Shown here one piece after another: positions 10,993 to 20,053 of a stretch of DNA of 64,000 nucleotides (its first letter is position 1; the number at the start of each line of letters is the position of its first letter). Source of the DNA: Candidatus Eiseniibacteriota bacterium (lineage in GTDB: Bacteria > Desulfobacterota > Binatia > DP-6); contig DATJZY010000025.1 in NCBI GenBank assembly GCA_035577985.1, positions 66,229-130,228 on the forward strand, in the 5' to 3' direction. Below the pieces are notes generated by a model. It was not told the DNA's origin and made no database searches. It saw only the letters and a list, made by a program, of their open reading frames with translations. A program made the translations under genes and the position numbers.

Positions 10993-12510
10993 ATGTCCGA
11001 GGAGTCAGAGCTTCAAGTCAGACGGGAGCGTGACCTCTATCTTCGACTCTTGCGGCTGGGCGACGCACAGGAGCTCGAGCCCTTTCTTCGCGAGGCCCTC
11101 GCGCTCATCGTCGAGGTGACCGGCGCACGCCTCGGCTACCTGCAGGTCGACGACGTCGACCATGATCCCGCGGGCGAGGGGTGGTGGATGCAGCACGGTT
11201 TCTCGGAGGGGGAGCTCGCCCAGGTGCGAGCCAGCATCTCGCAGGGGATCGTGGCGCAGGCGCTCGAGACCGGCGAGACGATCATGACGGCGTCGGCCCT
11301 CCTCGACCCGCGCTTCCGCGAGCGCGGGAGCGTCCGCGCCAGCCGCATCGAGTCGGTGCTGTGCGCGCCGATCGGCCGTGATCCGCGCCTGGGTGTGCTC
11401 TACCTGCAGGGCCGCACCGAGCCCGGGACCTTCACGGAGGAGGATCGATCGAACGCCGAGGTGTTCGCGCGCCACCTGGCGCCGCTGGCGGACCGACTGC
11501 TCACGCAGGAGCGGCGGCGGATCGACACCGACGCCACGCGCGCGGCTCGCCTGCGCCTGCGCGCCGACGGCGTGATCGGGCGCAGCGCCGCGCTCGCCAG
11601 GGTCCTCCAGCAGGTGGCCCTCGTGGCGCCGCTCGAGCTGTCCATCCTGCTCACGGGCGAGACCGGAACCGGCAAGAGCCAGCTCGCGCGCGTGATCCAC
11701 GACAACAGCCTGCGGGCGTCGGGTCCGTTCATCGAGCTCAACTGCGCCGCGCTCCCGGACAACCTGATCGAGAGCGAGCTGTTCGGGGCCATGCCCGGCG
11801 CCCACTCGACGGCGACCAAGCGGATCGAGGGCAAGCTCGCCGCCGCCACGCAGGGGACGCTCCTGCTCGACGAGGTCGGCGACCTCTCGCTGCCGGCGCA
11901 GGCGAAGCTCCTGCAGCTCCTGCAATCGGGGGAATACTTTCCGCTGGGGGCCGCGCGGTCCATCCGCGCCGACGTCCGCATCATCGCCGCGACCAACACG
12001 GATCTCGCCGCCGCGATGGCCGAGCACCGCTTCCGCGAGGATCTCTTCTACCGGCTGCACGTGCTGCCGATCCACGTGCCGAGCCTCGCCGAGCGGCGGG
12101 ACGACATCGGCGCGCTCGCCCAGTACTTCTGCGCCCAGGCGAGCGAGCGGCATCGGCTGCCGCACGTCGGCATCTCGCCGTACGCCCAGCGGGCGCTCGA
12201 GGCCGCGGAGTGGCCCGGCAACGTGCGCCAGCTCGCGCACAGCGTCGAAGCCGCCACCATCCGCGCCGCGGCGACCGGCGCGCGCTGGGTCGAGCGCGGC
12301 CACTTCTTCCCCGAGACGGGATCGAACGGGACCGAGCACAACGGACAGCTGACGTTCCAGGAGGCGACGCGGCGCTTCCACGTGAAGCTGCTCCGCGACA
12401 CGCTGGACGAATCTGGATGGAGCGTGATCGAGGCCGCCCGCCGTCTCGACCTCGCGCGCTCGCACGTCTACAACCTGATCCGCGCCCTCGGCATCGAGCG
12501 CCCGAAGTAG
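10993..12510 (+). CDS. Sigma-54-dependent transcriptional activator with N-terminal GAF domain (second copy)
   Basis: Walker A GETGTGKSQ, ESELFG, C-terminal HTH; 505 aa. Confidence 0.9.
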   Translation: MSEESELQVRRERDLYLRLLRLGDAQELEPFLREALALIVEVTGARLGYLQVDDVDHDPAGEGWWMQHGFSEGELAQVRASISQGIVAQALETGETIMTASALLDPRFRERGSVRASRIESVLCAPIGRDPRLGVLYLQGRTEPGTFTEEDRSNAEVFARHLAPLADRLLTQERRRIDTDATRAARLRLRADGVIGRSAALARVLQQVALVAPLELSILLTGETGTGKSQLARVIHDNSLRASGPFIELNCAALPDNLIESELFGAMPGAHSTATKRIEGKLAAATQGTLLLDEVGDLSLPAQAKLLQLLQSGEYFPLGAARSIRADVRIIAATNTDLAAAMAEHRFREDLFYRLHVLPIHVPSLAERRDDIGALAQYFCAQASERHRLPHVGISPYAQRALEAAEWPGNVRQLAHSVEAATIRAAATGARWVERGHFFPETGSNGTEHNGQLTFQEATRRFHVKLLRDTLDESGWSVIEAARRLDLARSHVYNLIRALGIERPK

Positions 12511-12584
12511 CTTCCGCGTCCACGATCGTGGACACGGCGTCAACACCGCGCGACGCCGCGGCGGCGGTTCCGTGCGCAATCCCG

Positions 12585-12600
12585 TGGCACCCGTCTTGCT
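12585..12600 (+). promoter_or_regulatory. Sigma-54 (-24/-12) promoter, consensus-perfect
   Basis: TGGCAC-ccgtc-TTGCT at 12585-12600 matches TGGCAC-N5-TTGCW exactly; about 75 nt downstream of the EBP stop, same strand. Confidence 0.6.
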
Positions 12601-12613
12601 CCGGAAAGACGGC

Positions 12614-12856
12614 ATGACGGGTAGCTGGTTGCAGACGGTACGCGGGAACGTGCGCTTCCTGCACAGGCGCGTCCCGCGACGGCGTCGGGCCTATGGCACC
12701 TGTGCCGCCTGCGGCGTGGCGCTCGAAGGGGCCGCCGATGGGTGGGAAGCGGCCGAGACACAGCTCCGCCGGCACGAGCTGGCGTGCCCACGCGACCGGC
12801 ACCCGGCGCCCAGACGCTCGGCAGCACCGAGGCTGGGCGCGGTCTCATCGACCTGA
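12614..12856 (+). CDS. Candidate small (80 aa) Cys-containing protein immediately downstream of the sigma-54 promoter (speculative)
   Basis: ATG 12614 sits 2-4 nt after the predicted +1; CxxC (GTCAACG) and C...H; moderate GC3 bias; Arg-rich, so it could be a spurious ORF. Confidence 0.2.
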   Translation: MTGSWLQTVRGNVRFLHRRVPRRRRAYGTCAACGVALEGAADGWEAAETQLRRHELACPRDRHPAPRRSAAPRLGAVSST

Positions 12857-12895
12857 CCTTCCTGGCGCAGATCTCCCTCCGCGCCGGGTGACGGG

Positions 12896-12926
12896 CTCCG
12901 CGGGGCCGCCTGTCGGCCCCGCGGAG
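12896..12926 (+). terminator. Perfect 12-bp GC stem / 7-nt loop hairpin (candidate terminator or attenuator; no U-tract)
   Basis: CTCCGCGGGGCC gcctgtc GGCCCCGCGGAG read directly from the sequence. Confidence 0.35.
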
Positions 12927-12929
12927 CGC

Positions 12930-12983
12930 GACCGTTCGGGCCCCGGAGTAGCCGGCCTGCAACCCCCGGCCGACCGTTCGGGC
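12930..12983 (+). promoter_or_regulatory. Two identical 12-bp direct repeats GACCGTTCGGGC (AlgR/LytTR-like half sites) upstream of lytS
   Basis: Copies at 12930-12941 and 12972-12983 (42-bp spacing); core CCGTTCG matches the P. aeruginosa AlgR box CCGTTCGTC; lies 74-127 nt upstream of the LytS start. Confidence 0.4.
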
Positions 12984-13056
12984 GAAACTGCTCGCGCGCG
13001 GGCGCCCGGCGCGCAACCGTAGTCGGTGAGGCCCGGCCTGCGGTAGCATCGGCGCC

Positions 13057-14190
13057 ATGGTCTCGGCCGACATCGTCATGAAGCGACCGTTCCTTCGAGA
13101 TCGCATGTTCCAGGTCGTGCTCGCCATGGGCGCGGCCGTGGGCCTCCACCTGGGCCTCCTCCACCTCTTCCTGTGGAAGACGGCGGCCGCCCCGCTCACC
13201 TTCTTCGTGTGCGCGCTCGTCTTCGCGTCCGTCGCCTACGCGCTGCAGCGATGGATCTTCCCGGCGCTCTCACGGCCGTCCTTCGCTGCCCAGGTGACGC
13301 TCGAGGTCGTGGCCGCGACGATCGCCTTCGGCGCGCTGTCGGTGGTGGTCGCATCGACGGTGGCGTACCTCCTGGGCGCGCCGCCGCTCTTCGGCAGCCC
13401 CACCGGAGCGGAGGAGCACATCCTCATCACCCCGGCGATGCGGCAGGCTGGCGTCCGCATGTACGCCCTCATGCCGATCGTGCCCACCGTCATCTCGTCG
13501 GTCATCGGCTATCACCTCGTCTGGCGGCGTATGGAGACGCTGCAGACCCGGGCGCAGGAGCTGACCGAGCTCGCCGCGACCGCACAGCTCGCCGCCCTGC
13601 GGGCGCAGATCAATCCGCACTTCCTGTTCAACAGTCTCAACTCGATCGCGCAGCTGATCCACGTCGACCCCGCCAAGGCCGAGGCGTGCGTCGAGCGGCT
13701 GGCCGAGATCTTCCGCTACCTCCTGCACCGCGCCGAGCAGGAGTTCGTGCCGCTCGCGGACGAGCTCCAGATGACGACGGCCTACCTCGAGATCGAGCGC
13801 GCGCGGTTCGACGAACGGCTGCGGGTCGAGACGCGCGTCGATCCGCGGAGCCTGCGGCGCCTGATTCCGAACCTGATCCTGCAGCCCCTGGTCGAGAACG
13901 CGGTGAAGCACGGCCTCTCGCGCAAGGTCGGGCCCGGCACGCTGCGCATCGACGCGCTGGTCGAAGACGAGATGCTGACGCTCGTCATCGGCGACGACGG
14001 GCTCGGCATGTCGTCCTCGGTGCTCGATTCGGTGTACGACCGCGGCGTCGGCCTGCGCAACCTGCGCGCCCGCCTCGAGCGCCTCTATGGGCCGTCGCAC
14101 CTGCCCGAGATCACGAGCACGCCCGGCGGCGGCACTCGCGTGTGCTTGCGCCTGCCCACGCGCGACGCCCTGCCACGCCAGGCGGCATGA
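13057..14190 (+). CDS. LytS/YehU-family sensor histidine kinase (5TM + His_kinase + HATPase_c)
   Basis: N-terminal TM helices; INPHFLFNSLNSIAQL (LytS-type H box region); LQPLVENAVKHG and GxGLxN ATPase motifs. Confidence 0.85.
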   Translation: MVSADIVMKRPFLRDRMFQVVLAMGAAVGLHLGLLHLFLWKTAAAPLTFFVCALVFASVAYALQRWIFPALSRPSFAAQVTLEVVAATIAFGALSVVVASTVAYLLGAPPLFGSPTGAEEHILITPAMRQAGVRMYALMPIVPTVISSVIGYHLVWRRMETLQTRAQELTELAATAQLAALRAQINPHFLFNSLNSIAQLIHVDPAKAEACVERLAEIFRYLLHRAEQEFVPLADELQMTTAYLEIERARFDERLRVETRVDPRSLRRLIPNLILQPLVENAVKHGLSRKVGPGTLRIDALVEDEMLTLVIGDDGLGMSSSVLDSVYDRGVGLRNLRARLERLYGPSHLPEITSTPGGGTRVCLRLPTRDALPRQAA

Positions 14191-14948
14191 CATCGATCCG
14201 CACGCTCGTCGTCGACGACGAGAAGCTCGCGCGCGATCGCCTCATCGGGTTTCTCGCCAAGGTCGACGGGGTGGAGGTGATCGGGCAGGCGATCAACGGC
14301 GTCGAGGCCGTCGAACGCATCGAGCAGGACCAGCCGGACCTGGTGTTCCTCGACGTCCAGATGCCCGGCATGGACGGCTTCGACGTGCTGAAGTCGCTCT
14401 CGCGCCCCGCGCCGCAGGTGGTGTTCGCGACGGCCTACGACGAGTACGCGATCCGCGCCTTCGAGGTCCAGGCGGTCGACTACCTCCTGAAGCCGTTCGC
14501 CCGCGCGCGCGTCGAAGAAGCGGTGGGCCGCGTCCGGACGCGCCTCGATCACGGCACGCCCGGGCTCGACGTCGAAGCGGTGCTGAAGCGCCTCGAGGAC
14601 AGCCGCAAGGACCACGTGCGGCAGGTGCCGGTGCACGCGGGTAAGCGCATCCTGCTGCTCCCGGTGGAAGACGTCCTGTGGTTCGGCGTCGAGTATCGCC
14701 TGGTCTACGCGCACACGGCCGAGCGCGCCTACATGACCAACCTCACGCTGCGCGAGCTCGAGGAGCGCCTCGACCCCGACGCGTTCTTCCGGGCCCACAA
14801 GGCGAGCCTCGTGAACATGCGCCAGGTGCGCGAGATCGTCCCCTGGTTCGGTGGTCGCTACAAGCTCGTCATGAAGGACGGCGCGGCAAGCGAGGTCGCC
14901 GTCAGCCGTGCCCAGGCGCGGGAGCTGCGCACGAAGCTGCGCTGGTGA
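14187..14948 (+). CDS. LytTR/AlgR-family response regulator (REC + LytTR DNA-binding domain)
   Basis: LVVDDE...FLDVQMPGMDGF receiver; C-terminal LytTR domain (VPVHAGKRILLLPVEDVLWF...); ATGA overlap with the kinase stop. Confidence 0.85.
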   Translation: MTSIRTLVVDDEKLARDRLIGFLAKVDGVEVIGQAINGVEAVERIEQDQPDLVFLDVQMPGMDGFDVLKSLSRPAPQVVFATAYDEYAIRAFEVQAVDYLLKPFARARVEEAVGRVRTRLDHGTPGLDVEAVLKRLEDSRKDHVRQVPVHAGKRILLLPVEDVLWFGVEYRLVYAHTAERAYMTNLTLRELEERLDPDAFFRAHKASLVNMRQVREIVPWFGGRYKLVMKDGAASEVAVSRAQARELRTKLRW

Positions 14949-14968
14949 TCGATGGCACCGCGGCGAGG

Positions 14969-14997
14969 TTGACAGGTTTCGGCACCGTCCGTAGACC
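14969..14997 (+). promoter_or_regulatory. Candidate sigma-70-type promoter TTGACA-N17-TAGACC upstream of the VWA-exbBD operon (weak -10)
   Basis: TTGACA at 14969-14974, TAGACC at 14992-14997; flanked by GGCACCG direct repeats (14954, 14981). Confidence 0.25.
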
Positions 14998-15014
14998 CCA
15001 TCGGTCCCGCCTCG

Positions 15015-16265
15015 ATGTCGCCCCCCCCTCCTCCGGTCTCGTCCTTCCATCCCCGGGCCGCCCGCAGCGCCGTCGCGCTCCTGGTCTCGATCCTCCTCCA
15101 CGTCGTCTTCGTCGCGCTCGTGATCTTCGACGTGACGGGGCTCGGCGGCGGGTTCGGCATCGGCGTCGGTCCGGGCTTCGGCATCGGCAGCGGCGGCGGT
15201 CCCGGCCTCGGCGAACAGCAGCGGCGCGAGATCTTCTCGCTCGAGGACATCCCGGACCTCGTGCGGCCGCAGGAGCCGAACTCCGAGCAGGAGCTGACCG
15301 CATTGCTGGCGCCGCGCGAAGCCGAGCGCATCCTCGTCCCGCAGCCGGCGAAGCCCAAGACGGCGACGTCGACCAACGCGCCCGTCATCCAGTTCGCCCG
15401 ACCCGTGAAGCCGATCGGCGCCGGCACCGATCTCGGCGCGCGCCTCGCGGCGGCGGGCGCGGGCTCGGGCGGCATCGGCCTCGGCGGCGGAGGCGGTGGT
15501 CTCGGCTGGTCGCTCGGCAGCTCGTTCGGAAAATACGTCGGGGGGCTCCGCAAGGTCGGCCTCGACGTCGCCATCGTCGTCGACTCGACCGGCAGCATGC
15601 AGAACATCATCGACGACCTGAAGCGCCGCCTGCAGGACCTGGTGCGCACCATGCAGCGCCTCGTCCCGACGGCGCGCATCGGCGCCGTCGCCTATCGCGA
15701 CCGCACCGACGACAAGGTCGCGACCGCACCGCGGCAGAGCGAGGATTTCCTCGTGAAGTGGAGCGACCTCACCTACAACGCCTCGAAGGTGCAGTCCTTC
15801 CTCGGCGGCATCGTCGCCGAGGGCGGCGGCGACTGGAAGGAAGCCGTGAAGGAAGGGCTCGAGACGGCGATGAAGCAGCTCAAGTGGCGCCCCGATGCCA
15901 AGAAGGTGATCATCATCGTCGGCAGCTCACCGCCGCACGACGAAGATCTCCCCGCCATCCGGAACCTCATCGCCGACTGGCGCGCGCGCAACGGCTACGT
16001 GAGCACGATCGACGTCAGCTATCCGCTCCACGCCGAGCACGAGCGCAAGCTCAATCGCTGGCTCTACGGCGAGGAGCCGAAGGAGATCTCGCCGCTGCCC
16101 GAGTTCTACAAGGAGCTGCAGCAGAGCTTCCACGAGATCTCGAAGCAGGGCGGCGGCACGGACGTCGCGCTGGGCGAGGACGCGGCGCTGGTGCGCAACG
16201 TGCTCGTGCTGGCATTCGGGTCGCAGTGGGAGAAAGAGGTGGGCCGCGTCGCACGCGGCCGGTAA
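15015..16265 (+). CDS. Membrane-anchored von Willebrand factor A (VWA) domain protein with TonB-like N-terminal architecture
   Basis: Single N-terminal TM helix ([20 protein letters not shown]), Gly-rich then Pro/Lys-rich linker, C-terminal VWA with MIDAS DxSxS (VVDSTGSM). Confidence 0.75.
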   Translation: MSPPPPPVSSFHPRAARSAVALLVSILLHVVFVALVIFDVTGLGGGFGIGVGPGFGIGSGGGPGLGEQQRREIFSLEDIPDLVRPQEPNSEQELTALLAPREAERILVPQPAKPKTATSTNAPVIQFARPVKPIGAGTDLGARLAAAGAGSGGIGLGGGGGGLGWSLGSSFGKYVGGLRKVGLDVAIVVDSTGSMQNIIDDLKRRLQDLVRTMQRLVPTARIGAVAYRDRTDDKVATAPRQSEDFLVKWSDLTYNASKVQSFLGGIVAEGGGDWKEAVKEGLETAMKQLKWRPDAKKVIIIVGSSPPHDEDLPAIRNLIADWRARNGYVSTIDVSYPLHAEHERKLNRWLYGEEPKEISPLPEFYKELQQSFHEISKQGGGTDVALGEDAALVRNVLVLAFGSQWEKEVGRVARGR

Positions 16266-16290
16266 CGACTATGCTACGAGGAGCACCGTA

Positions 16291-16950
16291 ATGGAGAACG
16301 CCGTCAACCCCGTGGACCTCAGCTTCTGGACCTTGATCCAGCAGGGCGCGATCTCGACCTATCCCCTGCTCATCTGCTCGGTCATCGTGGTGGCCGTCGC
16401 GCTCGAACGCGCCTGGGCGCTGCGCGGCGCGCTCGCCGCGGCGCCCGCGCTCGCGGCGCGCATTGCGCCGACGCTCGCCAACGGCGACGCGAAGAACGCG
16501 ATCGCGACGCTGGCGCAGGCCCCCGCCACCGCTGCGCGACGCGTCTTCGCCGACATCCTGGCCGAGCCGGGGCTCGAACGGACCGAGCTCGAGCGGATCG
16601 CCGACGAACGCCAGTTCGAGGAGGCCCAGGAGGCCGGATCCTATCTCTGGATCCTCGGCACGATCGGATCGTCGGCGCCGTTCATCGGCCTGTTCGGTAC
16701 GGTGATGGGCATCATCCGCTCGTTCCACAGCATGGCGATCGCCGGCACCGGCGGCTTCGGCGTCGTCGCGGGCGGCATCTCCGAGGCGCTGATCGCAACC
16801 GCGCTCGGGCTCGCGGTCGGCATCCTCGCGGTCGTCCTCTACAACTACTTCCAGGCGCGCGTGGAACGCATCGACGCGGCCCTGCAGATCGGCAGCGCTC
16901 GGGTCGTGGAAGCGCTCATGGCCGGACGGAGAGCGCATGGCGTTCGGTAA
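16291..16950 (+). CDS. MotA/TolQ/ExbB-family proton-channel protein
   Basis: 219 aa, three TM helices, conserved TolQ/ExbB C-terminal TM2-TM3 block ([24 protein letters not shown]...[17 protein letters not shown]); GAGGAG RBS. Confidence 0.85.
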   Translation: MENAVNPVDLSFWTLIQQGAISTYPLLICSVIVVAVALERAWALRGALAAAPALAARIAPTLANGDAKNAIATLAQAPATAARRVFADILAEPGLERTELERIADERQFEEAQEAGSYLWILGTIGSSAPFIGLFGTVMGIIRSFHSMAIAGTGGFGVVAGGISEALIATALGLAVGILAVVLYNYFQARVERIDAALQIGSARVVEALMAGRRAHGVR

Positions 16951-17341
16951 GGCCCATCGCCGCGGCCAGATCGTCGCCGAGATCAACGTCACGCCGCTGA
17001 CGGACGTATTCCTGGTCCTCCTCATCATCTTCATGATCACCACCTCGGCCATGGTGAAGCCCGCGGCCGACGTGAACCTGCCCGAGACCGCCGAGGACAA
17101 CCAGGAGACCCAGGGCGTCATGGTGACCATGACGCCGAGCAAGCAGATCTACGTCGGCGATCGCTCGGTCGAGGGCGACGACGCGGCGGTCGTGAGCGCG
17201 CTCAAGGACGCGCTCGCGCGCGCCAAGCAGAAGGTCGTGATCCTCGCCGGCGACCGGCAGGTCGTGCTCGGCGAGGTCGTTCGCGTGCTCGGGCTTGCCA
17301 AGGAGGCGGGCGCGTCCGGCTTCGCCCTGGCCTCGGAGTGA
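16937..17341 (+). CDS. ExbD/TolR-family biopolymer transport protein
   Basis: 134 aa; [19 protein letters not shown] signature TM; overlaps the ExbB stop. Confidence 0.85.
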   Translation: MAFGKAHRRGQIVAEINVTPLTDVFLVLLIIFMITTSAMVKPAADVNLPETAEDNQETQGVMVTMTPSKQIYVGDRSVEGDDAAVVSALKDALARAKQKVVILAGDRQVVLGEVVRVLGLAKEAGASGFALASE

Positions 17342-19479
17342 TCGCCCGCGCCTTCTGCCTGGCGACCCTGATCGTCCTCGGGGTCGCGGCCGCCCTGCGC
17401 GCCGAGAGCCTCGGCGAGCTCGAGCGCCGGGCGAAGGCGTTCTACGACCTGCTCGAGCGCGGGCAGAAGGAGCAGGCCGCCGCGATCTTCCCCGACCTGG
17501 AGAAGGCCCTCGCCTCGACGCTGGACGACCTGCAGGAGCGGCTCGATCGCATGCGCGACGAGGTGATGGAGCGCGACGGCGACATCGAAGCGCTCTACAA
17601 GGAATCGCGCTGGCGCGACCCGGAGATCGCATCGCTGGTCATCACCTATCATCTGGCGTGGGTCCGCTATCAGGGCGCGCAGCTCACGACCGACCAGCGC
17701 CGCAAGAATCAGCTCCTCGACAAGGCGGTCGAGGGCTTCTCGCAGTTCCTGGTCGTGAACGAGGTTCCCGAGGTGTACGCCGAGAGCCAGTACGGGCGCG
17801 GCCTCGCGTTCCTGGACCTCGGCAACTACGCGCAGGCGCGCGACGACCTCGAGGCCGCCGCGAAGGATCCGCGCACTGCCGCCAAGGCGCGATCGGCGCT
17901 CGCCGAGCTGGCGCGACGGCAGGGCGGCAAGGCGAGCAAGGAGCCGGCTCCCGACGATCCCGAGACGCTCCTCGCGCAGCTCGGCGACGCGCTGCCGAAG
18001 GTGGCGAGCAACGCGGCGCTGGAGAAGGACACGACGGCCCTCGCCCGCGGTCTCGCGGCCCGCGGCGGCGACTGGCCGAAGCGCGTCGACGGCACGATCG
18101 CGACCAAGCTCGGCAACGGCACCCCGAGCGGCGTCACGTCGAGCTACGGCCTTCTCCTCCTGGCCCAGCTCGCGATCGATCGTAATCGCTGCGCAGACGT
18201 CGCGCCGCTCGCCGACGCGGGCGGCGCGGTGAAGGACGCGACGCGCGCGCGCTATCGGCCGGAGCTGCTCTACCTCGACGCCGGCTGCCTCATGAACGCG
18301 GGGAAGACGCGCGAGGCCGCCCAGGCGTTCGAGGAGCTGCTGCGCGACTTCCCGGATGCGGCGCGCGCGCGCGACGCCGCCTACTACCGCTTCCGCGCGC
18401 TCGACGTCGCACGTGCGAGCGACGCGTCGCTCGCAGCCGCGTACGAGGACGCACTCACGACCTTTGCGACGCGCTTCCCGAAGGACGACGCGGTCGGCGA
18501 GGCGCGCTACCAGCTGGGCGAGCTCTTGCGCAGTCGCGGCGACTGTCCGAAGGCCGAGGCGGAGTACGCACACGTCACGGCCGGTCCGTTCGCGACGCGC
18601 GCGCGCCTGGGCGCGCTCGAATGCGCGGTGGGCGCGCTCGTAAAGGCCGGCAAGGACGCCCCGCCGGAGCAGCGCCGCGCGCTCCTCGAACGCCTGCGCG
18701 CCTTCGTGCGCGACGTGCCCGCCAAGGGCGCCGACGAACAGGCCGTCGCGCGCGCGGCCCTCATGGGCGGTCTCGTCGCGGCAGACGCGCGCCCACCCGA
18801 CTCCGCGGCGGTGGTCGAGTTCCTCGACAAGTACGAGACCCGGTTCCCGGCCGCGAAGGAATGGCACGCGACGGCGGTCCAACGGCGCCTCGTCGCGCGC
18901 GTGGCGCTCGGGCAGCTCGACGCCGCGGAGCGTGACCTCGACGCGTACCTCGCCGCCGGTCCCGAGGCCGACCGCCGGCGCGTGCTCGACGACCTCGGGC
19001 GCGCGCTCCAGAAGCAGCTCGACGACCCCGACGAGGCGAAGCGACGCGCGGCGCTCGCGCTCGCACGCAAGGTCTACGGCGCTCTGGTGGCGAGCGGCGG
19101 TGAGACCGCCGACCGCGTGGCGCTCGCCGACCTCGAGCTGCGCGGCGGCAACGCCGCCGACGCGCGGCGGAGCTACGACGAGGTGCTGGCGAAGGATCCG
19201 ACCTCGGCCGAGGCGATGCGCGGCGCCGCGCGGGCGGCGGCGGCGCTCGGCGATCGTGCGGGCGCGCTCGCGCGCTGGAAGCAGGTGGTCGAGACGAGCC
19301 CGACCGGCGGCACCGGCTGGTACGAAGCGCGCATCGCCCAGGTGAAGCTCTTCCTCGACGCCGGCCAGAAGGGCGAAGCGTGCGAGGTCGCGCGCCTGTC
19401 CATCGGCAAGTCGACCACCACGGGCGGCGATCAGCTCGACAAGCAGCTCCGGCAGATCGCGACCGCGTCGTGTCGCTGA
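17338..19479 (+). CDS. Periplasmic tetratricopeptide-repeat (TPR) protein, 713 aa
   Basis: Signal peptide ([22 protein letters not shown]); repeated A/L/Y/R-rich helical TPR-like units; GTG start overlapping the ExbD stop (GTGA). Confidence 0.7.
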   Translation: MIARAFCLATLIVLGVAAALRAESLGELERRAKAFYDLLERGQKEQAAAIFPDLEKALASTLDDLQERLDRMRDEVMERDGDIEALYKESRWRDPEIASLVITYHLAWVRYQGAQLTTDQRRKNQLLDKAVEGFSQFLVVNEVPEVYAESQYGRGLAFLDLGNYAQARDDLEAAAKDPRTAAKARSALAELARRQGGKASKEPAPDDPETLLAQLGDALPKVASNAALEKDTTALARGLAARGGDWPKRVDGTIATKLGNGTPSGVTSSYGLLLLAQLAIDRNRCADVAPLADAGGAVKDATRARYRPELLYLDAGCLMNAGKTREAAQAFEELLRDFPDAARARDAAYYRFRALDVARASDASLAAAYEDALTTFATRFPKDDAVGEARYQLGELLRSRGDCPKAEAEYAHVTAGPFATRARLGALECAVGALVKAGKDAPPEQRRALLERLRAFVRDVPAKGADEQAVARAALMGGLVAADARPPDSAAVVEFLDKYETRFPAAKEWHATAVQRRLVARVALGQLDAAERDLDAYLAAGPEADRRRVLDDLGRALQKQLDDPDEAKRRAALALARKVYGALVASGGETADRVALADLELRGGNAADARRSYDEVLAKDPTSAEAMRGAARAAAALGDRAGALARWKQVVETSPTGGTGWYEARIAQVKLFLDAGQKGEACEVARLSIGKSTTTGGDQLDKQLRQIATASCR

Positions 19480-19491
19480 CGCTTCGGCCGT

Positions 19492-20037
19492 TCAGGTCGC
19501 CGCCGCGCGGCGCGGATCGGGGACCGAGAGCTGCACGACGACGCCGGGCTTCACCTTGAGCGTCCCGAGCAGCGCGCTGTAGGGCTGGATGCCGAAGTCG
19601 GGCTGGTGGAGCTGGACCTCGGCCGTCCAGCGCTCTCCCGACCGCCGCAGCGGTACGGCGACCTCGCGCTCCGCGCCGTGCAGGGTCAGGCGGCCGACGA
19701 CGTCGAAGCCGTCCGCGACCTCGACGACGCGCGTCGAGCGGAAGCGGATCTCCGGGTAGCGGTTGGCGTCCAGCACGTCGCGCCGGGCGTTGTCCTCGAT
19801 CGTGCGGCGGTCGGCGTCGGAGAGGGTGGTCGGCGGCAGCTCGGCCCCGTCGCGCAGCACCTGCCGGACGCGGAGCGAGGCCGCATCGAAGCTCGCGTCG
19901 ACCTCGCGCCGCGCCTCGTCGATCCGCAGGTCGAAGCGGGTCACCTCGAGCGCGAGGTCGTGACCGAAGCCGGAGAGCAGTCCCTCGCGGAACGTGAGGA
20001 CCCGGCAGACGGCGGCCGGCGGACCGAGACGGATCAT
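19492..20037 (-). CDS. YceI-like family protein
   Basis: Domain-sized (about 180 aa) beta-barrel sequence with typical central HGxxR/E motif (LTLHGAEREV); start at MIRLGPP. Confidence 0.55.
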   Translation of the reverse strand: MIRLGPPAAVCRVLTFREGLLSGFGHDLALEVTRFDLRIDEARREVDASFDAASLRVRQVLRDGAELPPTTLSDADRRTIEDNARRDVLDANRYPEIRFRSTRVVEVADGFDVVGRLTLHGAEREVAVPLRRSGERWTAEVQLHQPDFGIQPYSALLGTLKVKPGVVVQLSVPDPRRAAAT

Positions 20038-20053
20038 GCGCGCGTCGTTCGCC

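Noticed and set aside
12700-12711. GGCAC-CT-GTGCC palindrome / second TGGCAC
   Set aside because: There is no TTGC element at the right spacing. It is short enough to be chance in this GC content.
17149-18882. 577-aa minus-strand ORF antisense to the TPR gene
   Set aside because: It has shadow-frame composition; the TPR frame has a signal peptide and consistent helical repeats.
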